Assembly: GCA_965242625.1 (NCBI GenBank)
Contig: CBDEST010000005.1
Span: forward strand, 2,383,483-2,447,482
DNA length: 64,000 bases
Direction of reading: 5' to 3'
From: Bryobacterales bacterium
GTDB lineage: Bacteria; Acidobacteriota; Terriglobia; Bryobacterales; UBA6623
Shown: piece by piece, positions 38,708-47,573 of the stretch
Layout: each line of letters begins with the position of its first letter
Position numbering within the stretch: the stretch's first letter is position 1
Position numbers and translations under genes: made by a program
The notes under the pieces: model-generated
The model's database searches: none
What the model saw: the letters and a program-made list of their open reading frames with translations, nothing else
What the model was told of the DNA's origin: nothing

Positions 38708-39537
38708 CCGGGCCCCAGACCCACGGACCGAAGCGGCAACTGCCCCACGAGGCGGGCGGCGAGCCGCTGATTTCGGTGCGGGGCGTCCAGGTCAGTTTCA
38801 GGGAGCGGCGGGTGCTCGACGGAGTCGATCTGGATATCTACAAGGGCGAGACTATGGTGATCCTCGGCGCTTCCGGCTGCGGCAAGACGACCCTGCTGAG
38901 ACGGCTGGAGGGGCTGGAGAAGCCGGACCGAGGCTCGATTCGGATCGCGGGCGTCGACATCGTGACCGCTTCGCGCGAAAAGATGGAGGAGGTGCGCCGG
39001 CTCCTCGGAGTCTCGTTCCAAAGCGCGGCCCTGTTCGGCTCCATGACGGTTGGCGAGAATATCGCCTTGCCGCTGCTCGAGCACACCGACCTGGCCGAGT
39101 CCACGATCCGGGTCATGACGAAGATGAAGTTGCAGCAGGTCGGACTCGAGGGAGCGGAGGATCTGTACCCGACCGAGCTGTCCGGGGGCATGCGCAAGCG
39201 CGCTTCGCTGGCACGCGCCTTGGCGATGGATCCGCAAATCCTCCTGTTCGACGAGCCGTCGGCCGGGCTCGACCCGATCATCGCGACGGGCATCGATCAG
39301 CTGATCATCGGGCTGAAGCAGACCTACACCATTACAATCATCGTTGTGACGCACGAGCTGCAGAGCGCGTTCCTGATCGCGGATCGGATCTGCGTTCTCG
39401 ATCAAGGGCGCGTGCTGGCCGTGGGCCCGGCCGAGCACATCCTGAACCACCCGCATCCTAGGATCCAGCAATTCGTCAAGCGGGTACCGGACGCCGTCGA
39501 GCGCGGGTCTTCCAGTTACATCACGGGTTTCGAATGA
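38704..39537 (+). CDS. mlaF: MlaF-type ABC transporter ATP-binding protein
   Basis: The ATG at 38704 overlaps the mlaE stop (ATGA). Walker A GASGCGKTT, signature LSGGMRKR, Walker B ILLFDEPSAGLDP. The gene sits inside a spurious 764-aa track ORF. Confidence 0.85.
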   Translation: MTGPQTHGPKRQLPHEAGGEPLISVRGVQVSFRERRVLDGVDLDIYKGETMVILGASGCGKTTLLRRLEGLEKPDRGSIRIAGVDIVTASREKMEEVRRLLGVSFQSAALFGSMTVGENIALPLLEHTDLAESTIRVMTKMKLQQVGLEGAEDLYPTELSGGMRKRASLARALAMDPQILLFDEPSAGLDPIIATGIDQLIIGLKQTYTITIIVVTHELQSAFLIADRICVLDQGRVLAVGPAEHILNHPHPRIQQFVKRVPDAVERGSSSYITGFE

Positions 39538-40526
39538 GCAACGAAGCGAAGGTCGGATTGCTCGTGGTGGTCGTGCTGGGCATCTCGGTCACGGCGTTCC
39601 TCGCGGTCGCGAACTTCCAGCTCACCGGCGAGACGCATACCTACCGGACTTACTTCGCGTACATCGGAGGCTTGGACGCAGGCAGCGTCGTGCGTTTCGG
39701 GGGGCGCAAGGCGGGCATCGTCCACGCTGTCCGACCGTGGCGCGAGGACATGACCAAGTCCGAGGTCGTGTTCCGCCTGCGCGCGGAACTGCCCGTAACC
39801 GAGGACACCGTCGCGACCATCGCCAGTCTCAGTGCGCTGGGTCAGAACTATCTGGAGATCAAGCCGGGCACGATCGAGGCCGCTCGGATCGCGCCCGGTG
39901 GCGTCGTCCGGGCGGTGGAACCGCTCACCATCGGCGACCTGACTCAAAAAGTGGCCGAGGTTGCCGACACGGCGGTCGACTTGATGGCGAACATCGACGC
40001 CAAGATGAACGTGGTGGTCGATGACTTGAGCGTGCTCATGGCGAATCTGCAGGAACTCAGCGGAGAGGAGAACCAGCGCAATATCGCCAAGATGCTGGAG
40101 AACAGCAACGTGTTGCTCGAGACGCAGACGCCGAAGATCGATCGCGTCCTCACGCAGCTCGGCGCGACGATGGAGGAATTCGAGGCGCTCGCGGAGGACT
40201 TCCGGGTAGTCGCGCGGTCCGCGGACACGACCGTGAACAATTTGAATCGGACCGTGGACGAGACGCGCGCCCCGCTGACGGACAGCCTCGTCCAGCTCGA
40301 GCGCACGCTGGTCGATGCCCAACTGGTGTTGCAGGACGCACGGGCGCTCGTGCTGGTCAACGAAGGCAACGTCGAAGAGATTCTTGACAATTTCCGTCGC
40401 GCGTCGGAGGATATCGCGGAGCTGAGCGCCGAATTGCGCCAGCGACCTTGGACGCTGTTGCGGTCGAAGCCGAAGCCGGACCGGCAGGTGCCCGTCGGAA
40501 CCGGTTCCGGCGCGTCCCGACGCTGA
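39534..40526 (+). CDS. mlaD: MlaD/MCE-domain substrate-binding protein with long helical C-terminus
   Basis: The start overlaps the mlaF stop (ATGA). It has an N-terminal TM helix, an MCE core (YFAYIGGLDAGSVVRFGGRKAGIV) and an extended coiled region. Confidence 0.8.
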   Translation: MSNEAKVGLLVVVVLGISVTAFLAVANFQLTGETHTYRTYFAYIGGLDAGSVVRFGGRKAGIVHAVRPWREDMTKSEVVFRLRAELPVTEDTVATIASLSALGQNYLEIKPGTIEAARIAPGGVVRAVEPLTIGDLTQKVAEVADTAVDLMANIDAKMNVVVDDLSVLMANLQELSGEENQRNIAKMLENSNVLLETQTPKIDRVLTQLGATMEEFEALAEDFRVVARSADTTVNNLNRTVDETRAPLTDSLVQLERTLVDAQLVLQDARALVLVNEGNVEEILDNFRRASEDIAELSAELRQRPWTLLRSKPKPDRQVPVGTGSGASRR

Positions 40527-41566
40527 TGGCTCAGCCGGATGAGCTGACCGCCGAGAGTGCGCTGGCAATCCTCTCTGGACGAGTCGAGCTTTCCCCGCGA
40601 GCGACCGCGCGGCTGCTGGGCGGCGGCGTCTCCAATGTCGTGGCGCTCGTCGAAGACGGCGCGCAGCGCATCGTCTTGAAGCAGTCCCTCCCGCGCTTGC
40701 GCGTCCGCGACCGGTGGCTCGCCGATCGCGGGCGGATCGCTCGCGAATGGGAGGTCATACAGGCGCTGGCCGAGTTGCTCCCCAGGGGCAGGCTCCCGCA
40801 GTTGCTGTTTCGGGACGAGGAACGCTTCCTGTACGCGATGCGCGCCGCACCGGACGAGTCTGTCGACTGGAAGACGGAACTACTCGCCGGGACCTGTGAC
40901 CGGGCGACCGCCCGCCAAGCGGGCGCAACGCTCGGTTCGATCATCCGGTCCACATGGGAGCATCCGGCCCTCAGGGCCAGGTTCTCCGATCGGACGGCGT
41001 TCGATCAGTTGCGGACCGATCCCTACTACCGCACGGTGGCTGTCCGTCATCCGCGGCTCGCAGCGCTTGTCGAGGACTGGGTCGCCGCATCGTCGCGGAG
41101 ACAGGTCGCGATGGTGCATGGGGACTGGAGTCCCAAGAACTTGCTCGTCACGTCGGATGGGCTGGTCTGTATCGACTTCGAATGCGCGCATTTCGGCGAC
41201 CCCAGCTATGACGCGGGATTCCTCTTGAACCACCTCATCTTGAAGGCCTTCCGCCGACCGGAACTCTCCGCAAGCTACTTGAGCCTGGCCCGGACGGCGA
41301 TGGCATGGACGCTGGGGATGCTGCCTGCCGGCGGCTTGGAATGGTTCGAGGCCTCCGCCTTGCGGCATCTCGGGTTCCTGATGCTCGCGCGGGTCGACGG
41401 CAAATCGCCGGTGGAGTACCTCACTACCGATGCGGATCGGAACGCCGTGCGTCGGTTCGCGCTCGACCTGATCCGCGCCCCGCCGACTGCGGTGGACGAG
41501 GCCTGCGGCCGCGTGCGGATCGCCTTGGGATCGGCCCGCCCTACTGGGCTTCCTGAATCGCCTTGA
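40526..41566 (+). CDS. aminoglycoside-phosphotransferase-fold (APH / methylthioribose-kinase-like) kinase
   Basis: The ATG overlaps the mlaD stop by 1 nt (TGATG). GGGVSNVV (nucleotide loop), a VLKQ lysine, the catalytic HGDWSPKNLL and IDFECAHFGDPSYD. Confidence 0.75.
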   Translation: MAQPDELTAESALAILSGRVELSPRATARLLGGGVSNVVALVEDGAQRIVLKQSLPRLRVRDRWLADRGRIAREWEVIQALAELLPRGRLPQLLFRDEERFLYAMRAAPDESVDWKTELLAGTCDRATARQAGATLGSIIRSTWEHPALRARFSDRTAFDQLRTDPYYRTVAVRHPRLAALVEDWVAASSRRQVAMVHGDWSPKNLLVTSDGLVCIDFECAHFGDPSYDAGFLLNHLILKAFRRPELSASYLSLARTAMAWTLGMLPAGGLEWFEASALRHLGFLMLARVDGKSPVEYLTTDADRNAVRRFALDLIRAPPTAVDEACGRVRIALGSARPTGLPESP

Positions 41567-42683
41567 GCGTTTGCGTCGCTTGGGCCTGCATCGAGTTCGG
41601 CACTCTCGATGCTTCGGTCATCCAGCGCGTGGCCTGCGGGATGTTGTCCCCGGCAATATCGAGCTTCACGTAGCAGAACCCGAGCATGTAGGCGAGCAAG
41701 CCGTACTGCTCGCCGCCTTCGGCCTTGATCGCGTCGGCCGCTTGGAGCAGGTGCCGGCGCGAGGTGCGCCAAGCGCCCTTCTGGAAGTGCGCGTTGCCGA
41801 TGATGTAGTTGCCAAGCGCGGCGAATTTCTTTTGGTGCGCTTCCCACGCTTCTTCCGAAGTCCCCTCGGGAGCCGCCTTCTCTTCCATCAGCTTGACCAA
41901 TTCCTCGCCACGAGCGATGGCGTTGTCTGGGTTCCCGTTGAGGGCATGCTGCCCGAGCGTGAGCAAGTATTGCTCGTTGCCGGGGTTGTTGACTAGAGCG
42001 CGTTCCATCGCGAGGACCATGGAAGCCACGTCCCCGGCCTGCTGGTAGGCGATGACGCGCTTGTCGTCGAGGCCGGCCGCGTACTCGCTCTCGGGATACA
42101 ACTCGAGCAAGGTGTCCATGAACTCGACCTGCTCCGCGGGGGGACTCTGCGTCATGCCCACGTTGATGGCCCACTCGGTGTACTGGATGACGCCGTTGGC
42201 ATAGTCGACCGCGCTCTGATGCAGCATCTCCTCGTCTTCCGTGGGATCGTCCGGAGCCGGTTTGGCGGCCTCCGCGACGGCCAGCGGCTTGGTGGTCGCG
42301 AGTGCTTGGCGAAGTTCGGCCCACTGCTGCGAGTTCAGCAGGGCTTGGTTGTAGTTGTGCCGCACCTCCAGATCGTTCGGCACGTACTGGAGGAGCCGCT
42401 TGCCGACTTCCCCTGCTTGCGTCCAGTTCTGCTGCTGCGTGTACAGCCCTTGCAGCTGCATCAGCACGTAGCCGAGGTAAGTGCTCTCGGGATAGTCGTT
42501 CAAGAATCCCTCGAGGATGCCGATCCGTTCCGCCGCTTCTTCGGCGATGCCCGCTTCGGTCAGGACAGCCCCCTCGGGGGACTGCGAGTCGATCTCGACA
42601 TCGCGAATCTCCAAGGCGGGTTGGCCGATTGCCGCCGACGCGCAAAGCAGGGCAGCAAGGGCGAGCACGAGTAGGTGTTTCAT
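41541..42683 (-). CDS. secreted TPR-repeat protein
   Basis: The ATG at 42683 (MKHLLVLALAALLCASAAIG) gives a signal peptide, followed by repeated helical TPR-like units. Confidence 0.65.
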   Translation of the reverse strand: MKHLLVLALAALLCASAAIGQPALEIRDVEIDSQSPEGAVLTEAGIAEEAAERIGILEGFLNDYPESTYLGYVLMQLQGLYTQQQNWTQAGEVGKRLLQYVPNDLEVRHNYNQALLNSQQWAELRQALATTKPLAVAEAAKPAPDDPTEDEEMLHQSAVDYANGVIQYTEWAINVGMTQSPPAEQVEFMDTLLELYPESEYAAGLDDKRVIAYQQAGDVASMVLAMERALVNNPGNEQYLLTLGQHALNGNPDNAIARGEELVKLMEEKAAPEGTSEEAWEAHQKKFAALGNYIIGNAHFQKGAWRTSRRHLLQAADAIKAEGGEQYGLLAYMLGFCYVKLDIAGDNIPQATRWMTEASRVPNSMQAQATQTLKAIQEAQ

Positions 42684-43160
42684 CGCGGATCTCCGAAGAA
42701 CCCCCATCATAGTCAGGTCAGGGCCGTGGAATCAAGATCGACGAAGCGAGACCACCGCTCCCGCTGACGGATTCGAGTTCTCGAGGTCGCTTCTGAACGG
42801 GCAGCGCAACAGCGTTTCTTGAAAGCGCGGCACGGGCGTGCTCCCGATTCATGATTCCTGCCGACGCAGCGACGAACGGGTCGGGAGCGCCTCCGTCCGT
42901 CTTCGCAGATACAGACGCAACCGCCGTGCCGCACAACCCTGGGCCCGACTCGGGTGAGGGTACGCTCGACAGCGGCTTCCAAGTCGGGTGTCTAGCGGGG
43001 GACTGCACGGATTCGGGTGAAGTGCCGGGTCAGCTAGCTCGGTTCACATAAGCTGCAAGTCGCGCGACCCTTCACCGACGCATCAAGGTTGGCCGAAGAG
43101 GTTTCACCTCGCTCGCGCGCCAACCTAGTGCTGAGTCACACCGAACCACTCGAACGCAGG

Positions 43161-44480
43161 TCAGACAGGCCACGAACCCTTCGGCAATAGACCGTTGTCG
43201 GTCAGAGCCCGCTCGATGAGCACAGTTGACACCTGATACCGCGATGCTGCTTCAACCACGAGATCGGCGTCCGGTGGACGGTTGCCGACGAACTCCTTCA
43301 ATGACTCGACCGGGCAGAGGAACTCAGTGGCGAAGGCCCTCTGGAATTGCTGGCGCGGAGTGTGCGATTCGGTAATCGGAAGCAGTCGTTCGGTGTCCTT
43401 CGCCATGATGTGGTCTCCGATGATCCGCGCTAACGCGAAGCGTCTGCTAGTCGGATGGCGTCTCGTGAGCGAGACCATCAGTTCGCTGGGTCGACTCGAA
43501 CCGCGAATACCGGCGGGCATTGGGCCCGAGACATCCGCGCCCTGGCGGATCCATTTTCCTTGGACACCGCAAATCTCCGCAAGCCGCTTGTTATCTAGAC
43601 CGCCATCTCCGGCGTGCCACTCGCGCCGGGCGGCCCGGGCCAAGTCGACGCCACGTCTCCAAGGCTGCGCCTGTGTTCGCTCGGAATCCGCTGCAGCCTC
43701 AGAGAGGACGTCGGACGTACTTAGCGCCAGCGGCGTACCACCTGTGGGAATCGTCTCCAACAGCGTGCGGAGATCCTCGAGTGCGAAATCCTTGGAGGCT
43801 GTCGCCATTTCCTCGATGGCACCGGTGCCCACCTCGCGAGTTGCTTCCTTGAGTCCGTTCAGTAGGGCGGCATCCGCTTCTTCGGGGTCGAATCCCATGC
43901 GGGCCTCGAGAGACCTCAGGAGTGAGGCGTCTTGATCCTCCATTTCCCGTTCGACTTCCTTCCAAGCCGTCGAGAGTTCCCGGACGTCGTCGGGGCAGTC
44001 GAGAATCGGGCCGTTCAACCGCTTTACAACACTGTCGACCAGCCCCTTTACAGCGTCTTCGAATTCTGCAGCAGGCACTGATCGGTCAAGAGCATGAAGG
44101 AAGCGGAACTGCGAGACCGGTTCGGCAACGAACGGTCTCGCTTGGATCCTGACAGCGTCATGTCCGCCACGGATTTCGATATCCGGCCAGAGATAGCCAT
44201 TGCCCACCGCTCCCATGCGATGCCCCATCTCCCATGCGAGGCCGGCTCCTTCCGATTCCCATCGCAGTCGCCACCAGTTCGCCACGAACCAAGCTGCCAA
44301 ATGGTACGCAGACACGCGAATTCGGGTTCGCAGTCGCTGTCGGCTTCCTTCAGTCGACGAATTGGAGGTAAGCGTGACTCCAGCTGCCTCGACGCCGATT
44401 TCGGCGAGGAAGTGACGCCCCATGGATCGAGCCCCTCCAGCCTCGACCCATTTCAAGTCAATCCGAAACCCGGGTTTCAT
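43161..44480 (-). CDS. unknown N-terminal domain fused to a catalytically degenerate ImmA/IrrE (COG2856/M78)-like domain
   Basis: The ATG at 44480 (MKPGFRIDLKWVEAGG...). The C-terminal ~150 aa aligns by eye to the two bona fide ImmA domains in this window, but HEXXH is replaced (FALARIIGDHIMA versus FTLAHEFAHLWLG). The N-terminal ~300 aa (AAWFVANWWRLRWE, acidic helical stretch) is unrecognised. Confidence 0.65.
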   Translation of the reverse strand: MKPGFRIDLKWVEAGGARSMGRHFLAEIGVEAAGVTLTSNSSTEGSRQRLRTRIRVSAYHLAAWFVANWWRLRWESEGAGLAWEMGHRMGAVGNGYLWPDIEIRGGHDAVRIQARPFVAEPVSQFRFLHALDRSVPAAEFEDAVKGLVDSVVKRLNGPILDCPDDVRELSTAWKEVEREMEDQDASLLRSLEARMGFDPEEADAALLNGLKEATREVGTGAIEEMATASKDFALEDLRTLLETIPTGGTPLALSTSDVLSEAAADSERTQAQPWRRGVDLARAARREWHAGDGGLDNKRLAEICGVQGKWIRQGADVSGPMPAGIRGSSRPSELMVSLTRRHPTSRRFALARIIGDHIMAKDTERLLPITESHTPRQQFQRAFATEFLCPVESLKEFVGNRPPDADLVVEAASRYQVSTVLIERALTDNGLLPKGSWPV

Positions 44481-44892
44481 AATCCTTCCATATCTTGAGC
44501 ACATCCTTGGTGAGTGGATCATTCGTCGGCATGGGGTAGCCGTGATAGATGCCTTGGGCCTGATTTTCCAATTGCCCCTCGACCGGAACCCCGCTCTCGG
44601 TGACGGACCAGACGGTCTGAGGGAAACCTCCCCTAACCTGCACACTCACGAGACCACGCTTGATCCCCTCCCGCAACAGGCGTAGTGCCACTCTCGAATC
44701 GAACACGCCGACAGCATCGCACATCGACTTGTTGGGCCGGTGTCTCGACGGAGGAACGAGCCCATAGTTGCCAGGGTTCGCCTTGTGCTCAGGGTTACCT
44801 CCGTACTTCACGCGACCCGCGAGAACTGCCAGTTCACCTTCGCTACGGGTTGAGTCGATACGTCTATTCGGGTTGAACCGCCGCCTCCGCAT
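44458..44892 (-). CDS. small basic protein of unknown family (first gene of a two-gene operon)
   Basis: The likely ATG at 44892 (MRRRRFNPNRRID...). The core is KYGGNPEHKANPGNYGL...CD...GFPQTVWSV...GIYHGYPMP. It overlaps the downstream gene by 23 nt. The track ORF extends to 45045 into IS-remnant sequence. Confidence 0.55.
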   Translation of the reverse strand: MRRRRFNPNRRIDSTRSEGELAVLAGRVKYGGNPEHKANPGNYGLVPPSRHRPNKSMCDAVGVFDSRVALRLLREGIKRGLVSVQVRGGFPQTVWSVTESGVPVEGQLENQAQGIYHGYPMPTNDPLTKDVLKIWKDYETRVSD

Positions 44893-44949
44893 CGAATCGA
44901 CCCGCCTCGGGCAAGACAGAGCGCGCTCAGCACTCAAAGCGTACGATAG

Positions 44950-46110
44950 CACGATCCTTCGTGCTGTGCTCGCGCTCGAGTTTTTCACCTCGGGGGTGAA
45001 AGTTCCAAACCCTTCCCGAGCTTGGATTGCCATGCTTGCCGACAAAGCCTTCGAATTCCTTTATGGCGTCTGCGACAATCTGCTGACCGGCCTTGCCGAG
45101 CTGTCGGCGGTCGCCGCGCTCTCGCGGATCCTCGGCCTGCCTTAGATCCTGCAGAAATAGGTCTGGATCAAGGGCCGCCACCGGAGCTGCAGCTACGCCC
45201 AGAACCTGCTGAACTTGATTTTCACGCACTGCATCGGCGGCGGGGACCTTGACACGATCGACGCACTGGCCGCGGACGAGGCGGCCTGCGAGTGTGCCGG
45301 GCTCTAGGGTTCCGTGCCCGACTGCCGCCGCGGGGAGTATCTGGCGCACTTCAGCACCAATGCCTAGGACGGATTGCAATCCTCCGTGCGGCCAGTCAGC
45401 GCGCAAGTCGCGCCGCCGATCGCCGCGGCCTCCGGAAGAGAACAGGGCTACTTGCGGGTATTCATCAATGGCATGGGCATCGAGATGCAGGTCAAGCAGT
45501 TCGAGCGCGGCGCGGCGGGTTACAACGGGTAGCGGCAGTACTGGCTGCTTTCGCTGTTCGTGGGGCGGGCGTGGGCCAGTGCGCGGCTGAACGCGGGCGG
45601 CATGGACGTAAACGGGGACTTCGCGGAGCAACTGGCGGCGGACATCGACCAACTGGTCCCCGGCGAGTATCCGGTGTGGGCGCGGGCGGACGCGGCGTAC
45701 CGCTGCGAGGCATTCGTGAAGGAGTGCGACCGGCGCGGCTGGGACTACTCGGTGAGCGTAACTGATCCGAACAAGAGGGCACCGGTGTTGCGGATGGGCG
45801 AGTTGGTGCGGTGGACCCGCGCCAAGCAGGGTTAGGAGAACGTGTTCAATGGCCGCTGGAGCAGGGCTTGCACCATCCGCCGTGCCAGTCTTACAAGGTC
45901 AACCAAGAGTACTACTGGTGCGGGCAGATCGCGCAGTTGCTGCTACTGCAACACCAAGTGCTGCCGGAGAAGGCGTGGCAGCATGGGCCGGTGCCGCTGA
46001 TTCGGCACTTCGTGCGCAGCGTGGGCCAGTTGCAGAATCGCGGGCGGGGCCGGAAGCTGCTGTTCGGGAGGTGCAACTACCGCTTGGGGTGGCTACTCCT
46101 GGCGGGGCGC
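44950..46110 (+). pseudogene. decayed DDE transposase (IS1380/IS4-like, tentative), multiple stops and frame changes
   Basis: Fragments: ...IKGRHRSCSYAQNLLNLIFTHCIGGGDLDTIDALAADE...* (about 45168-45307); ...GAAGYNG*RQYWLLSLFVGRAWASARLNAGG...VPGEYPVWARADAAYRCEAFVKECDRRGWDYSVSV (to about 45780); and a C-terminal NQEYYWCGQIAQLLLLQHQVLPEKAWQHGPVPLIRHFVRSVGQL (about 45900-46100). The ends are approximate. Confidence 0.5.
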
Positions 46111-46361
46111 ATCGGACCGGGCTGGGGGGCGGCGGGTGCCGCCGGAACGGAACCAGAGGTAGCCCGGGGAGCTGACGGGGTAGTCGGCGGGGAGCGGTGT
46201 GCCTGAGTAGCGTGTCGAGATGCGTGCGGGGGTGCCACGAGGTCTCGGACGGCCTCCGAGACACCGACATGCAAACTCCCGGAGATCATTTGAGGCATCC
46301 AAAACGCATAGAAATGGATTTGTCGAAAGCAAGCTCCGCGAAACCCCCAGGATGGCCAGAA

Positions 46362-47516
46362 TCAAGCGGGAATTTGGGCAAGGTAGCGCCTCAGCTTTTC
46401 GAACGAGGCCATTTTCTTCAGGCCGAGCATACGGAAGGCCTCTGTGAACGAAGTGCCGCCTTCCAGCACGCGCACCATCAAGGCCCGTGCGAAACGCTTG
46501 CTGACACGAACATGCAACGTCGAATAAGGGTTTCCGCAACCATCTTTCTGCATCAACTGCAACCGACTGACTTCTGCATCGTATGCTGCACCCAACTCTT
46601 TCCGAGAGATCCGACCTGCGTCATGGATGCGCCGAAGGATGACCAAGGTGCTCACCTTGTAGCGGCGTGCCAGACGATTCAACTCGCGTTTGAGGCTGGC
46701 ACTAGGATCAAGCTCGTCGCGCAACACGGCTGACGGCACTAACAGTTCGGCCGCGACGCGATTACACCACCGTTCGGACTCTTGGCTAGGAATTCTTCTC
46801 GCGTCAGTGTCGGAGATGCCGGACCTACCCAACCAGAGGTGTGCGAACTCGTGCGCGAGAGTGAACATCTGAGCTGCCTTGGTATCCGCCCCATTGACGA
46901 AGACCAAGGGAGCCCAAGGGTCGGCGAGCGCAAAGCCTCGGAACTCCTGAGGATCCAGTCTGCGCCGATTGTTGCTACCAACAACTCCGCTGATCATAAC
47001 CAAGATGCCGCAAGCCTCTGCCTGCTCAATCAAGCGTCGCAATGCGTCTGTCCAAGTGGCGAGGCCCGCCCGCTCCCCTAAATCGATCCCTAGAGCGTGG
47101 CGCATCTGGGCAGCTGTCTCGACGATGTCATCGCTGACTCGAGCCGAACCGACAAACTCAAGCTGGGGCTCCTGCTCTGCCTGTGCGAAATCGCGGTACC
47201 AATCCTGGCGCTCTTCACAGAGATCGATCGTATCGATGAGGTCAAGGCTGGGTCGATCCAAGGGGAGGTTCGCGACGGTACGGAAATCCGGTATGGGAAT
47301 CGATTCGACTGGCGGCTCGGTGAGGAAGAAATACCCGAACGGAGCGTGAGTCGCCTTGGCGAAGGCTTTGAGTTGCTTGAGCGTTGGCTGCACCTCCCCA
47401 CGCTCCCAAGCCTCGATCTTGGGAAAACGCTTAGACAGTCCTTCACGACCGTAGCGCGCGCGCTCGCGTGCCCACCGCAGGAGAGCGGGCTTGACGGGGA
47501 CCCGATTCACGGACAC
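46362..47516 (-). CDS. XRE-HTH / ImmA-IrrE (COG2856, HEXXH) fusion protein, copy 1
   Basis: N-terminal HTH (KIEAWERGEVQPTLKQLKAFAK), the metallopeptidase motif FTLAHEFAHLWLG and the downstream ERWCNRVAAELLVP. The likely GTG start at 47516 is preceded by AAGAGG. The track ORF starts at 47540. Confidence 0.8.
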   Translation of the reverse strand: MSVNRVPVKPALLRWARERARYGREGLSKRFPKIEAWERGEVQPTLKQLKAFAKATHAPFGYFFLTEPPVESIPIPDFRTVANLPLDRPSLDLIDTIDLCEERQDWYRDFAQAEQEPQLEFVGSARVSDDIVETAAQMRHALGIDLGERAGLATWTDALRRLIEQAEACGILVMISGVVGSNNRRRLDPQEFRGFALADPWAPLVFVNGADTKAAQMFTLAHEFAHLWLGRSGISDTDARRIPSQESERWCNRVAAELLVPSAVLRDELDPSASLKRELNRLARRYKVSTLVILRRIHDAGRISRKELGAAYDAEVSRLQLMQKDGCGNPYSTLHVRVSKRFARALMVRVLEGGTSFTEAFRMLGLKKMASFEKLRRYLAQIPA

Positions 47517-47543
47517 TTGGCACCTCTTGTAAGCTTGCACGCT

Positions 47544-47573
47544 ACACTAGCCGTGTCCACACTAGCCGTGTCC
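47544..47573. repeat. two tandem copies of a 15-bp motif upstream of ImmA/HTH copy 1 (candidate operator)
   Basis: ACACTAGCCGTGTCC ACACTAGCCGTGTCC. Each unit contains the short inverted repeat ACAC...GTGT. It lies about 28-57 nt upstream of the proposed start. Confidence 0.5.

Noticed and set aside
42600-43200. A tRNA or tmRNA gene, or an integrase, at the island boundaries (also checked at 53390-53520 and 60589-60937).
   Set aside because: I scanned by eye for T-arm/T-loop (GGTTCGAATCC-like) signatures and cloverleaf-compatible stems on both strands and found nothing convincing. No tyrosine or serine recombinase motifs appear in any ORF. tRNAscan-SE or Infernal should be run to confirm.
44458-44892. 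Gene A of the novel pair as an N1/T1 (RNase Sa/barnase-like) ribonuclease, based on a C...GFP...E...G.YH.YP pattern loosely like RNase Sa.
   Set aside because: The protein ends shortly after the YHGYP motif and lacks the downstream catalytic Arg/His segment of that fold. The resemblance is too short to support a call, so the family is left as unknown.
44893-45045. The longer form of gene A starting at 45045 (MSASMAIQAREGF...).
   Set aside because: The extra 51 codons lie in sequence that reads on the opposite strand as the N-terminal remnant of the decayed transposase. The internal ATG at 44892 gives a compact basic N-terminus. The true start remains unverified.
47544-47573. The 15-bp tandem repeat as an IS630 excision footprint or solo TIR, because it contains ACACTAG and GTGTCC, which also occur at the IS630 right end (GGACAC-TA).
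   Set aside because: The shared strings are only 6-7 nt and are not adjacent in the way a terminus plus TA would be. This is indistinguishable from chance, and the operator interpretation fits its position better.
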